DNA of 64,000 nt, taken from positions 5,836 through 69,835 of the forward strand of contig CAZIHJ010000004.1 in the NCBI GenBank assembly GCA_964538485.1, written 5' to 3'. Numbering within the stretch: position 1 is the first letter of the stretch; every line of letters starts with the position of its first letter. Shown here one piece after another: positions 1 through 8,964 of this stretch. This stretch comes from an uncultured Chitinophagales bacterium. GTDB taxonomy: Bacteria > Bacteroidota > Ignavibacteria > UBA10030 > UBA6906. A program made the position numbers and the translations under genes. The notes under the pieces are model-generated. The model made no database searches. It saw only the letters and a list, made by a program, of their open reading frames with translations, and was not told the origin of the DNA.

Positions 1-698
1 TTGATTGCCGGAGGCCGGAAGTGGGAAACGCCGAGCAACGTCAGCGCGAAGTTCGAGGCAGAGCCGTATCTCTTCACGAAGTCATCTCCATACCACGAGA
101 GAAGCTCGGAGAGATAGAGAGTGTGTGTCTCTTTCTCAAAGCGGTTCTTGCTGACATCGTTCAAGAATCTCTTTGCATTGTCCTGAAGCTGGTTGCCAAG
201 CTTCCCCCCAACGTACGCCTCTGACCTGAGCGGGGGACAACTCTTCGCCGCGCATACAAGTGCCATGTGAATGCGGGGTTCATCGAACTTCTTCCGGATT
301 ACCTCGTGCTCAATCTGGTTCAGACTGTACTTCGCTTCAGCAATGTCAATCCAGACAATATCCCAGGGCCCCTTCCCCCCCTGATGAATGTCCCGTATGC
401 TCTTGACCGGATAATGGTCGATGATTAACTGTATTGTGAAGGCGTTGTACGCATTGATCCAGAATGCGAGGCGCTCATCTTGGCTCTTGATCGAGGAGGG
501 ATCAACTCTGCGTAGAGATGCGAGATACTCTGCAAAGCGCCTGTCGGTTTGAATTGCAGAATAATCCACTGCTCCTTTGGCAACATGGTCACGGAGAACA
601 CTTGTAAACAATGAATGCGAGTTGTCATGCTGGGCATTACAGAGCGTGGCATACGCGAACAGCCAGGCAACAATCAGCAGACACTGCCTAGAACTCAT
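1..698 (-). CDS. DUF547 domain protein with N-terminal signal peptide; C-terminus lies outside the window
   Basis: Manual minus-strand translation from the ATG at 696-698 gives MSSRQCLLIVAWLFAYATLCNA followed by ...ERLAFWINAYNAFTIQLIIDHYP...SLNQIEHEVIRKKFDEPRIHMALVCAAKSCPPL..., the DUF547 (PF04784) signature. The frame stays open to nt 1. It is absent from the ORF track because there is no in-window stop. By my reading a C-tract near 372-381 makes frame continuity slightly uncertain. Confidence 0.5.
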   Translation of the reverse strand, partial: MSSRQCLLIVAWLFAYATLCNAQHDNSHSLFTSVLRDHVAKGAVDYSAIQTDRRFAEYLASLRRVDPSSIKSQDERLAFWINAYNAFTIQLIIDHYPVKSIRDIHQGGKGPWDIVWIDIAEAKYSLNQIEHEVIRKKFDEPRIHMALVCAAKSCPPLRSEAYVGGKLGNQLQDNAKRFLNDVSKNRFEKETHTLYLSELLSWYGDDFVKRYGSASNFALTLLGVSHFRPPAI

Positions 699-1542
699 AA
701 AACACTCCGCCCGCAAAAACGAAACCACCTGCAATGTTTCTTCCGTGTGTAGCGGTCGCGAAAGAAATGGAAATGCCAAAATGTTCAGAGGTCTTGTAGA
801 GAAGTTTCGGCACGATAGCAGTATATTCCTGGTTGTTTGTTGAAAGTCCGTACGCGGACGCCGCCACAGGTGTCGAGGGAATTGAAGAGGTCGATTCCTT
901 ACCTGAGAGGAGGAGAATGAAATACAAGCGGCTCTTGAAGAACCCGTACCCCAACTCCACATTGTAGAGCAGCTCATTTGAGAACCCGCTTCCACGAACG
1001 TTGTATGCGACGTCAGCAGCAATATAGGCGGGCAGCGGATAGAACGATTTCCCAAACAGGAGGACTGGCGCGACATTGAATTCTCCATCTCCGAGTATCA
1101 GACCGTCGGCGTTCTTACTGTCCCCTGACGGGAGGCCGAAACGCAACCCGAACGAAGCTGCATAGCCGTTGTCAAGAAACAGACTGTATCGTGCTGTCAT
1201 ATCTATGTCACCGAGGCCACTGTTCGTACGCTTGGAAGTCACAGGAGCAAAGGCAGATTGCATGGGAGAAACGGAGAGAAACTTGAAGGGGATCAATGCA
1301 GTCAAGGTAAGACGGTCGGTAACCCCAATTTCTCCGAATGCTTGCACAACATTATCCCGCACATCAGCGAATACCGGGGTTTTCTCTGCACGATCATCGT
1401 AGATTTTGTTGTAACCAATCGTACTGAATCCTAATTGCATGAACGCAGAGCCGGGCTTACGCGGCCAAGAACCCGCCAGGCATGTTTCTCCAAAGAAAAG
1501 ATGGGCCGCAAGGAGAACGACGAGCAGTCGGGAATAAATCAT
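688..1542 (-). CDS. Outer-membrane beta-barrel protein with signal peptide; paralog of 16304..17164
   Basis: ORF of 284 aa. N-terminal signal peptide MIYSRLLVVLLAAHLFFG, alternating amphipathic strands, C-terminal aromatic residue (..GVFYEF). Shares the motif L(I/L)xGDGEFN and overall similarity with the 16304..17164 product. Confidence 0.6.
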   Translation of the reverse strand: MIYSRLLVVLLAAHLFFGETCLAGSWPRKPGSAFMQLGFSTIGYNKIYDDRAEKTPVFADVRDNVVQAFGEIGVTDRLTLTALIPFKFLSVSPMQSAFAPVTSKRTNSGLGDIDMTARYSLFLDNGYAASFGLRFGLPSGDSKNADGLILGDGEFNVAPVLLFGKSFYPLPAYIAADVAYNVRGSGFSNELLYNVELGYGFFKSRLYFILLLSGKESTSSIPSTPVAASAYGLSTNNQEYTAIVPKLLYKTSEHFGISISFATATHGRNIAGGFVFAGGVFYEF

Positions 1543-1667
1543 TGATAGACCTTTTTGGTTCGGAAACAGTGCGACACGCTAAAGGACCAAAGTTCAAATA
1601 ACAAACAACATTCAAGAACCAAATAGCAAACAGTTCAAGGCCCTTGTAAAGGGCGCCGGGGTTTATT

Positions 1668-2381
1668 ATGTTGAAACCACACTATATCTTCCTCAGGGAA
1701 AGACGAGCCATGCCAGCATACAAACCCATTCCCCTGCAATTCACGAATTATGCACCCGAAGAGCAACAGCGTCGGGCCAAGCTGTTCTTCGATCTCTGCA
1801 ACAGGCGACGTACGGTGCGGGAATTCTCGGATAAACCTGTCCCGCAGGAACTCATCGATATACTCATCAGAACTGCTGGTACAGCGCCTTCCGGCGCCAA
1901 CAAGCAACCGTGGAAGTTTGTTGTTGTCGATGATCCTGAATTGAAACGACAAATTCGTGTTGCGGCCGAGGCCGAAGAAAAAGAGAGCTATGAGCACCGG
2001 ATGCCACAGTCGTGGCTGGACGATCTGGCCGAACTGGGGACCGATTGGCAGAAAGAGTTTCTGGAGGTAGCTCCATATCTGATCGTCGTCTTCCGCGAGA
2101 AGTACAGGCTCGAAGGAGGCGTCCAGAAGAAGAACTACTACGTGGATGAATCCATTGGTATAGCATGTGGTTTCCTTCTAGCAGCGATCCATAACTCCGG
2201 ACTTGCCTCGCTCACTCACACGCCAAGTCCGATGAATTTTCTGAGCGAGATCCTCAAGCGTCCGCCCAACGAATCGCCCTACCTTCTCATTCCCGTCGGG
2301 TATCCCAAAGAGGACGCAACCGTCCCCGACATCCAGCGAAAACCACTTCACGATATCATGTGTGTGAACACTTCCCGATAG
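1668..2381 (+). CDS. Nitroreductase family flavoprotein with an IYD/BluB-like N-terminal extension
   Basis: 237 aa. RRTVREFS...PSGANKQPWKFVVVDD...ELKRQI nitroreductase fold signature. An alternative start at MPAYK (1710) is possible. Confidence 0.8.
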   Translation: MLKPHYIFLRERRAMPAYKPIPLQFTNYAPEEQQRRAKLFFDLCNRRRTVREFSDKPVPQELIDILIRTAGTAPSGANKQPWKFVVVDDPELKRQIRVAAEAEEKESYEHRMPQSWLDDLAELGTDWQKEFLEVAPYLIVVFREKYRLEGGVQKKNYYVDESIGIACGFLLAAIHNSGLASLTHTPSPMNFLSEILKRPPNESPYLLIPVGYPKEDATVPDIQRKPLHDIMCVNTSR

Positions 2382-2412
2382 TCCATATCGTTTTCCAACC
2401 CGAGGCCGACGA

Positions 2413-3387
2413 TCATTTGATCACTGCTCCGCCGCAACTGCTTCCCGCCCCGGCAGTACAGCCGTAGCAATGCGAGCCGAAAACGATTCCACGCTTCAAG
2501 AGTTTATCAAAATCGAAGTTCCATATTGTGTCCGGCGCTCCATGATTCACCCGCCATTCAAGCATCTGGTTGAAATCACAATCGAATAACGTGCCGTCAT
2601 ACCCAACGCTGATCAGGTTTCTGCACATGACTCCTTCTGCGGCTGTCGGGTTGAATGCGTTTATCAGCTTCTCCATGTAGGACTCATACAACTCCGCCCG
2701 CTCAAGAAAATGCCTGAAACGGTTGATCGGCATGTTGGTAATGACGTACAGTCGATTGAAAACAATTGCATGCCGCTTCCACAATTCCTCTTTGAATTGT
2801 TTCTCAATTGCTCCCTGCTCAGGAGGAAGGTATGCGCCAACAGGATTGTACACCAGGTCAAGCAGGAGCCCACGTCCATCAGTCCCGTACCCAAGGGCGT
2901 TGAGTCTCCGCATGGACTCCAGGCTCTTGCCAAACACACCTTGTCCACGCTGTGCATCCGTCTCATGTTCCTGGAAATATGGCAAGGAAGAGATGACTTC
3001 ACACTGATGATCACGAAAGAACTCAGGAAGGTGCTCCATGTTTCTCCCGTTCACCGGATGGGGGTCCAACGTCACGGTGAGGTTGTGCCGAACCATCACG
3101 TGTCTGTCGAGGGCCCTTGCCTCTGTAACGAAGTACTCAAAATGGTCATTCAACTCGGGGGCTCCGCCGGTGATGTCCAGATTCCTGATCTGAGGATGCT
3201 GTCGAAGGATTTCCAGACAGCGATCAATGGTGGATCTGTCCATCATTTCCGTGCGCTTCGGGCCGGCATCAACATGACAATGCTTGCACGCCTGGTTGCA
3301 GAGCTTCCCGAGGTTTACCTGCAGTGTCTCAATGCCGAGTGGCTCCAGTGCCATGTTGGCCGCCGCGAGAGTCATTTCAAAGCTCAT
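2413..3387 (-). CDS. Radical SAM / Cys-rich domain protein, ArsS-like (TIGR04167-type)
   Basis: 324 aa. CNQACKHC radical-SAM CxxxCxxC motif near the N-terminus. C-terminal Cys-rich tail ...GSHCYGCTAGAGSSCGGAVIK typical of the ArsS/rSAM-Cys-rich family. No arsM neighbour. Confidence 0.75.
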   Translation of the reverse strand: MSFEMTLAAANMALEPLGIETLQVNLGKLCNQACKHCHVDAGPKRTEMMDRSTIDRCLEILRQHPQIRNLDITGGAPELNDHFEYFVTEARALDRHVMVRHNLTVTLDPHPVNGRNMEHLPEFFRDHQCEVISSLPYFQEHETDAQRGQGVFGKSLESMRRLNALGYGTDGRGLLLDLVYNPVGAYLPPEQGAIEKQFKEELWKRHAIVFNRLYVITNMPINRFRHFLERAELYESYMEKLINAFNPTAAEGVMCRNLISVGYDGTLFDCDFNQMLEWRVNHGAPDTIWNFDFDKLLKRGIVFGSHCYGCTAGAGSSCGGAVIK

Positions 3388-3460
3388 CGTTGATTCCCTT
3401 GCTACTCCGTACAGTGTTTATCAAATCTCAGCAGTCATCGGATTGCAGCCTCAACTATAT

Positions 3461-6433
3461 TCAACTGTTCTTCAGAACGTTCTGGAGTGTCGTGAGTAAC
3501 TTCTCTGATGTATACGGTTTTGAAATGTATTCTTTCACACAACCGGATATTCTCTTTGCAGTATTATGACTCCCTGTCATGCCGCTCGATGCGATGATCG
3601 TCACTGTGGGGTTCATCTTTTCCAGGGCACGTATTGTGGCCGAGCCATCCATGTAGGGCATCATCATGTCAGTGAGCACAACACTTATGTCATCGCCATG
3701 TTTCGCATACAGCGACAAAGCCTCAGTCCCGTCACTGGCGGTGATAGCCCGATAGCCATGTTCTTCAAGTGTTATCCTGGTCATCTCACGAATCGACGCT
3801 TCATCATCCACGATGAGAACGAGTTCCCCGTTCCCGTTGGATAGAATCCGCCTCTCCTCCTCATGTCGGTCTTCCAGTGCTTCGGCAGCTGGAAGGTAAA
3901 CGCGAAAGGCCGCACCCTTACCAATCTCACTCGACACCTCGACGAGTCCTCCATGTCCCTTCACGATGCCAGCCACAGTTGCAAGACCAAGGCCCGTCCC
4001 TTTACCAAATTCCTTTGTGGTAAAGAATGGTTCAAACACCCGTTCGATGACATCCGCCGGTATCCCTGATCCTGTGTCAGACACAATGATCGTTATGTAA
4101 CGACCGGGCTTCACATCCGGGCGCATTCGAGTGTAGTGTTCATCCAGAGTTGTATTTTCGCTCTTGATACTCAGGATACCTCCGTTTGGCATTGCATCAC
4201 GGGCGTTCACACAGAGGTTCAGGAGCACTTGATGAAGCTGTGTCGCATTAGCGACGACCTGCCAGAGCCCCCTGGAGATTCTTGTCTGCAATTGAATAGA
4301 CGGCGGAAATGTTCCCCGTACAATTTTCTCCACTTCTTTGATCAGGCGTCGTGGATCAAGAGTCGTCCGGCCACCCTCCGCACCGCGGGCAAATGTGAGC
4401 ACCTGATGAGCCATGTCTGCGCCACGTTTTGCGTTCGATTCAATCATCGTCAGCAAGTCATGCGTTCGATTATCCACCTGTTTCGAGAGGAGCGTCTCAA
4501 CCGCCAACATGATAGGAGTGAGCACGTTGTTAAGATCGTGGGCAACTCCGCCGGCCAAAGTTCCTATACTTTCGATCCGTTGGGCTCGCAGGAAGTTGAG
4601 TTCGAGTTGTTTTTTTTCTGTCACATCAGTGTTGATGGTGAGGATGGATCGCGGCTGTCCTTTCTCGTCACGGACAAGAGTCCACCTGCTCTGCACAATG
4701 ATGTCCCTTCCGTCCTTCGTCCTCTGTCGCAATTCGCCATTCCAATCACCCTTCGCCTTCAGAACCTTCATGGGCTCATTGATCTGTCCCCTTTCAGCCT
4801 CGTTGAAAAGCAGATCCGAGGTTTTTTTACCGATTACATGTCCGGCCTTCCATCCGTAGAGACGTTCAGCACCTTCATTCCAGAATAAAATGTTGTTCTC
4901 CATATCCCTGACGAGAATAGCATCGTGTGCTCTATTGAGCAATGTCGCCTGTTCCCTGATCTGGATCTCCGCTTGCTTGCGCTGAAGTTCCATTGCAGCA
5001 CGGGCGGCAAAAATACTCAAGATGGACTTTGCCCGTTCAACATTGGCGAGCGGCTTGTCATCAAGGATGCAGATGTGACCCAACGCGCGCCCTGAAGAAT
5101 CGAACAGGGGCACCCCCAAGTAGCACACGGCCCTCAATGCGACAAGGGCGGTCTCCTTGGGAAACATCTCTTGCACGTGGTCGCGGTAAAAGCACATCTT
5201 TCCTTCTTTTAGGACTGACTCGCATGTTGTCCCGACAACGTCATATTCAAAGTCCGGATCCCAATGATCACCAACCCACCAACCAAGTGAATGCACTCTG
5301 TCCGTGCTGTGGTTCATACATTCTGTCACAAGAGCATACCGGACGTTCAGTGCAGCTCCAAGATGCCGCGTGAGAGCCGGAAAAAATTCCTCTCCGGTAA
5401 CAGTCGCAGTACCTGCAACAAGACTATGCAACGCCTGCTCTTCCCGCTTCCGTTCCGTGATATCCGTAACGAATGCATACAGATATTTCGGCTGGCCGGA
5501 CGAATCTTTATACACATCGGTAAACAGTTCGACAGGAATGGTGCTTCCGTTCTTGCACCGGTATTCTTTTTCATATCGTACGGCCGGTCCGCCTGACAGT
5601 AGCTTCGCTACCTCGTGCGCATCAGACTCGTGCCAGCGTTCCGGCGTCAATTGTTGATATGTCAGCGCAAGCAGTTCTTCGCGTCTATAGCCAGTGAGCT
5701 TTTCGAAGGCGCTGTTGAAGCGGATCAGCTTCCCGTCGAGTTCCGTGACTGCGAGTGGCTGCGTTGTTTGTTCCACCATATCGTTGACGAAGCGAAGTTC
5801 ATCCGTTGTCCGTTCGAGAGCATCCACCGCGCGTTTACGCAAAAGCTCCATGGCAGCACGCGCTGCAAAGATGCCGAGAATTGACTTGGCCCGATCAGGA
5901 TCCGACAGCGGCTTGCCGTCTACTACATACAAATGACCCAGGGTTACCCCATCAGTGTCGAACAGCGGTGCGCCCAAATAACATGCAGCACCAAATGCCG
6001 GCAAGAACGTGTTCCCAAGGAAATGATCCTGAACATGATCCGGATAGAAACACATTCCTCCACTCTTCAGCACTTTCTCACAAGGAGTGTTCTCAGTAGC
6101 ATACTCAAGCCCACTATCCCATTGCCCGTCTTTCCATCTGGCCAGTTGGCGTACTTGCTCGAACTTCGCTCCCGTGCATTCTGTAACAACAGCCATGCGC
6201 ACCCCCAAAGCTACGGCAAGATGGCGCACGAGAGCGGGAAAAAATTCCTCACCGGTAACTGAGGCCGTCCCTGCAACGAGGTTCTGGAGGGCTTCGTCGA
6301 CACGGTGTAGTTCGCGTTGAGATGCTTCTTCTTCTGCCATGGAGTCTATCGTTTGGGACTGGGAGAGAATATCAACAGAGGCGTTTCTTGGTCCATCTCT
6401 CTTCTTCATAGATCCTCCGTATGAGGAACTCAC
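3461..6433 (-). CDS. Hybrid sensor histidine kinase/response regulator (GAF-PAS, GAF-PAS, HisKA, HATPase_c, REC)
   Basis: 990 aa. Two near-identical GAF blocks (GEEFFPAL(V/T)RHL...CYLG(A/V)PLFD...AKSIL(G/S)IFAARAAMEL). H-box HDLNNVLTPI. G-box DTGSGIP...GTGLGL. C-terminal receiver LVLIVDDEASIREM...D. All plus-strand ORFs in this span are antisense artefacts. Confidence 0.85.
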   Translation of the reverse strand: MSSSYGGSMKKRDGPRNASVDILSQSQTIDSMAEEEASQRELHRVDEALQNLVAGTASVTGEEFFPALVRHLAVALGVRMAVVTECTGAKFEQVRQLARWKDGQWDSGLEYATENTPCEKVLKSGGMCFYPDHVQDHFLGNTFLPAFGAACYLGAPLFDTDGVTLGHLYVVDGKPLSDPDRAKSILGIFAARAAMELLRKRAVDALERTTDELRFVNDMVEQTTQPLAVTELDGKLIRFNSAFEKLTGYRREELLALTYQQLTPERWHESDAHEVAKLLSGGPAVRYEKEYRCKNGSTIPVELFTDVYKDSSGQPKYLYAFVTDITERKREEQALHSLVAGTATVTGEEFFPALTRHLGAALNVRYALVTECMNHSTDRVHSLGWWVGDHWDPDFEYDVVGTTCESVLKEGKMCFYRDHVQEMFPKETALVALRAVCYLGVPLFDSSGRALGHICILDDKPLANVERAKSILSIFAARAAMELQRKQAEIQIREQATLLNRAHDAILVRDMENNILFWNEGAERLYGWKAGHVIGKKTSDLLFNEAERGQINEPMKVLKAKGDWNGELRQRTKDGRDIIVQSRWTLVRDEKGQPRSILTINTDVTEKKQLELNFLRAQRIESIGTLAGGVAHDLNNVLTPIMLAVETLLSKQVDNRTHDLLTMIESNAKRGADMAHQVLTFARGAEGGRTTLDPRRLIKEVEKIVRGTFPPSIQLQTRISRGLWQVVANATQLHQVLLNLCVNARDAMPNGGILSIKSENTTLDEHYTRMRPDVKPGRYITIIVSDTGSGIPADVIERVFEPFFTTKEFGKGTGLGLATVAGIVKGHGGLVEVSSEIGKGAAFRVYLPAAEALEDRHEEERRILSNGNGELVLIVDDEASIREMTRITLEEHGYRAITASDGTEALSLYAKHGDDISVVLTDMMMPYMDGSATIRALEKMNPTVTIIASSGMTGSHNTAKRISGCVKEYISKPYTSEKLLTTLQNVLKNS

Positions 6434-6662
6434 AGTCTGATGGTGAAAGGGTTGGGGATTGAATAGGACCGCATAGGAATTAGCTTACACAAATCCTACT
6501 TCCTTGTCAATATACTCAGGGACCCGAGGATTGATAGAAGACCGTTGTGTACGAGCTCTGTAGTCAGAGGATACAATTTGTTCTCCTTCCTCGTTCTTTT
6601 CCTCGTCAAAGTGCCATAGTGAATGGTTTCTTGCTAGATGGGGAGGACTGTTATCGAGCGCC

Positions 6663-8150
6663 CTACGCGGCAACGTTCCTTTGCCGTGAGGACATTGGCA
6701 GTTCAAACTTGAATCGAGTCCCTTTTCCAACCTGACTTTCGACAGTGATGGATTCGCCATGGACGTCGAGAATTTTCTTCACAATCGCCAGACCCAATCC
6801 TGCTCCGCCCGTCTTTCCGTTCGTTCGTGACTGATAGAATCTTTCAAATACAAAAGGCAGGTCGCTCGCCGGTATTCCAACACCTGTATCTTCAATGTAG
6901 ACCCTCACTCTGTCACCCTGGCGTTCCAGCACGATACGCACTTCTCCACCGGTATGCGTATGGACAACTGCGTTGTCAAGCAGATTTTGCAGCACGCGTT
7001 CGATGAGGCCAATGTCTGCCTCCACCATCGGCAAATTTTCCTGAAAACTGGACATGAGCTTCACTTGCTTTTTCTCAACAATGGGGGCAAACTTCTGAAT
7101 GAGGTCGTTTGCAAGTTCGGAAAGGGAAAATGGTTCGGCATGCAGTTGTGTTTGCCTCGCTTCGAGTTTAGAAAGCTCAAACAGGTCCTGCACAAGCCTG
7201 CTCAGTCGCTTGGTGCTGCTGAAGACAACCTCGAGGGAATTCCGGCGCTCTTCCGCGGTCAGGTTTGTGTCTTTCATGAGTACTGTTTCAAGGTAGCCCT
7301 GCATTGATGCAAGAGGAGTGCGCAGGTCATGGGAGACGTTGGCAATCAGCTCCCTGCGAAGCGTATCCGTGCGCTGCAGTTCTCCCACCTGTGTGGCAAG
7401 CGTCTCGGCCATAGAGTTGAATGCCCTGCCGAGATCATCCAGCTCGTCGTTTGACGTGATTGTCATCCGCTGAGAATAGTCCCCCTCTTTAAGGGCGAGA
7501 GCTGTGCGCGTTAACCGCCGCAACTTCTTCGTAACGAACCCAATCGCGACGAGGCCAATGACTCCTGCTGCAAAAAAACTAACGAGCACGCCTCGCACAG
7601 CCAAAGTCAGGATGTGGCTTTGTCGAATCCGATCGGCGACAGAGTCAAACTCCTCGCCGCGCAGAATGACGTAGACATATCCATCCGTCATTCCGTTCAA
7701 TAGTACCGGCGCTGCAGAGAAAACTTTGGGTGTGTGGATGTCGCGAGGATTATCTCCAAGGACGAGCTTCTTCCCATCCGAAGCCAGGAATTCATTGATT
7801 GGCTGAAGCGACACTGATGTGGCGGTCACTTTTTCCTTCGGAGCATCAAACGTGAGAATTGTTCCTTCCGCGTCAAGCAGGTACACCTCTACGCTCGGGT
7901 TGACGACCATGACATCATGAAACAACTTGGCCATTCCGTCAAGGTTCGGCTTTCCATCAACGAATGGGCGGATATCATCTACGATATGCCGGGCCAGAGA
8001 TGCGTTAATGCGCTGACTCGTCTCTGCAAAATACATCTCACTGGAAAACAGCGTCAGATAGGTGTATGCCCCCCCGACGAACAAGAGCAAAACCAGAAAA
8101 ACAGCAGACAGCTTCCAATACAAGCTTCGAAAGAACCCCCTGAACATCAC
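6663..8150 (-). CDS. Two-component sensor histidine kinase (TM, HAMP, HisKA, HATPase_c)
   Basis: 495 aa. N-terminal TM segment, second TM plus HAMP, H-box SHDLRTPLASMQGY, ATP-lid DTGVGIP..GLGLAI. A 4-nt overlap with the upstream response-regulator stop suggests an operon. Confidence 0.85.
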   Translation of the reverse strand: MMFRGFFRSLYWKLSAVFLVLLLFVGGAYTYLTLFSSEMYFAETSQRINASLARHIVDDIRPFVDGKPNLDGMAKLFHDVMVVNPSVEVYLLDAEGTILTFDAPKEKVTATSVSLQPINEFLASDGKKLVLGDNPRDIHTPKVFSAAPVLLNGMTDGYVYVILRGEEFDSVADRIRQSHILTLAVRGVLVSFFAAGVIGLVAIGFVTKKLRRLTRTALALKEGDYSQRMTITSNDELDDLGRAFNSMAETLATQVGELQRTDTLRRELIANVSHDLRTPLASMQGYLETVLMKDTNLTAEERRNSLEVVFSSTKRLSRLVQDLFELSKLEARQTQLHAEPFSLSELANDLIQKFAPIVEKKQVKLMSSFQENLPMVEADIGLIERVLQNLLDNAVVHTHTGGEVRIVLERQGDRVRVYIEDTGVGIPASDLPFVFERFYQSRTNGKTGGAGLGLAIVKKILDVHGESITVESQVGKGTRFKFELPMSSRQRNVAA

Positions 8151-8851
8151 TCCTCATCGGCAAATTTGTATCCCAGACCCCACACGGTGAGAATGTACTG
8201 GGGGTTTGCAGGATCTTGTTCAATCTTAGCTCGCAACCTGTTGATATGTGAGTTCACGGTGTGATCATAGCCATCGAACTTGTACCCCCACACAGTATCA
8301 AGAAGCCCCTGCCTTGAATAGGCCTTTCCAGGGTTCCTGGCAAACAAGGCAAGCAGATCAAATTCTTTTGCGGTCAGTTCAACCTTGCCACCTTTGCAAA
8401 GAACAGTGCGTTTCTCTAAATCAATTTTCAGATCTCGAAAGTGTATTTGCTTCTTCGCAATGCCCGAGACATCATCCTTTACTGCATCGACACGGCGAAA
8501 GATTGCTTTCACCCTCGCCAGTAGCTCCCGCACACTAAACGGCTTCGTGAGATAATCGTCCGCACCAAATTCCAGTCCGAGCACTTTGTCAAATTCCTCG
8601 GAACGCGATGTAAGCATGAGAATTGGAGTGTAATTCCTCTCCGATCGAAGCTCTTTGCAAATCTCAAGGCCGTCGATGCCTGGAAGCATAAGGTCAAGAA
8701 TGATGAGATCATAGTGATTCTTTAGTGCCTTCTGCAGCCCGGCCTCTCCATCATTGGCGACATCGCATTTGCATCCCAGATCAGTTATATGCATCTCGAC
8801 GAGTTTTGAAATGTCCCGGTCATCTTCAACAATGAGAACCTTTTGGTTCAT
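8147..8851 (-). CDS. OmpR-family response regulator (REC + winged-helix)
   Basis: Start chosen at MNQKVLIVEDDRDISK (ATG at 8849-8851). Receiver Asp pocket, and C-terminal trans_reg_C motif ...RLRAKIE...P..I.TVWGLGYKF. Confidence 0.85.
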   Translation of the reverse strand: MNQKVLIVEDDRDISKLVEMHITDLGCKCDVANDGEAGLQKALKNHYDLIILDLMLPGIDGLEICKELRSERNYTPILMLTSRSEEFDKVLGLEFGADDYLTKPFSVRELLARVKAIFRRVDAVKDDVSGIAKKQIHFRDLKIDLEKRTVLCKGGKVELTAKEFDLLALFARNPGKAYSRQGLLDTVWGYKFDGYDHTVNSHINRLRAKIEQDPANPQYILTVWGLGYKFADEE

Positions 8852-8964
8852 GGCTTGGAGGGTTCCTTTCGCCCTTGGGACGGTAACGGTTGGCTCTGAG
8901 AACATACGGAATCTCCTTGAGAATTTACACTGAAACAAAGTAACAGCCAAATATCACGAGATTA

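Noticed and set aside
21-224. ORF of 67 aa on the plus strand at the window start
   Set aside because: Lies antisense to the DUF547-domain reading frame that translates cleanly from the ATG at 698. No RBS or domain signal.
340-400. Possible frameshift at a poly-C tract (about 372-381) inside the DUF547 gene
   Set aside because: By my count the tract might be one C longer than the DUF547 frame needs. However, a frameshift would create a ~120-aa ATG-initiated ORF ending near 335 that the supplied ORF track does not list. The protein motif continuity is perfect with six C. I attribute this to my reading of the homopolymer and do not call a pseudogene.
1543-1667. Small GC hairpin GGCCCTT-gtaa-AAGGGC just upstream of the nitroreductase start
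   Set aside because: Only a 6-bp stem. Such hairpins are frequent in 55% GC DNA. Not enough support to call an attenuator or riboswitch.
3566-6320. Numerous plus-strand ORFs (e.g. 4136..4888 250 aa, 4413..4859, 4993..5373, 5933..6262) inside the hybrid histidine kinase locus
   Set aside because: All are antisense to a 990-aa ORF with unambiguous GAF/PAS/HisKA/HATPase/REC motifs. They are GC-rich antisense artefacts. Some mirror the internal duplication of the real gene.
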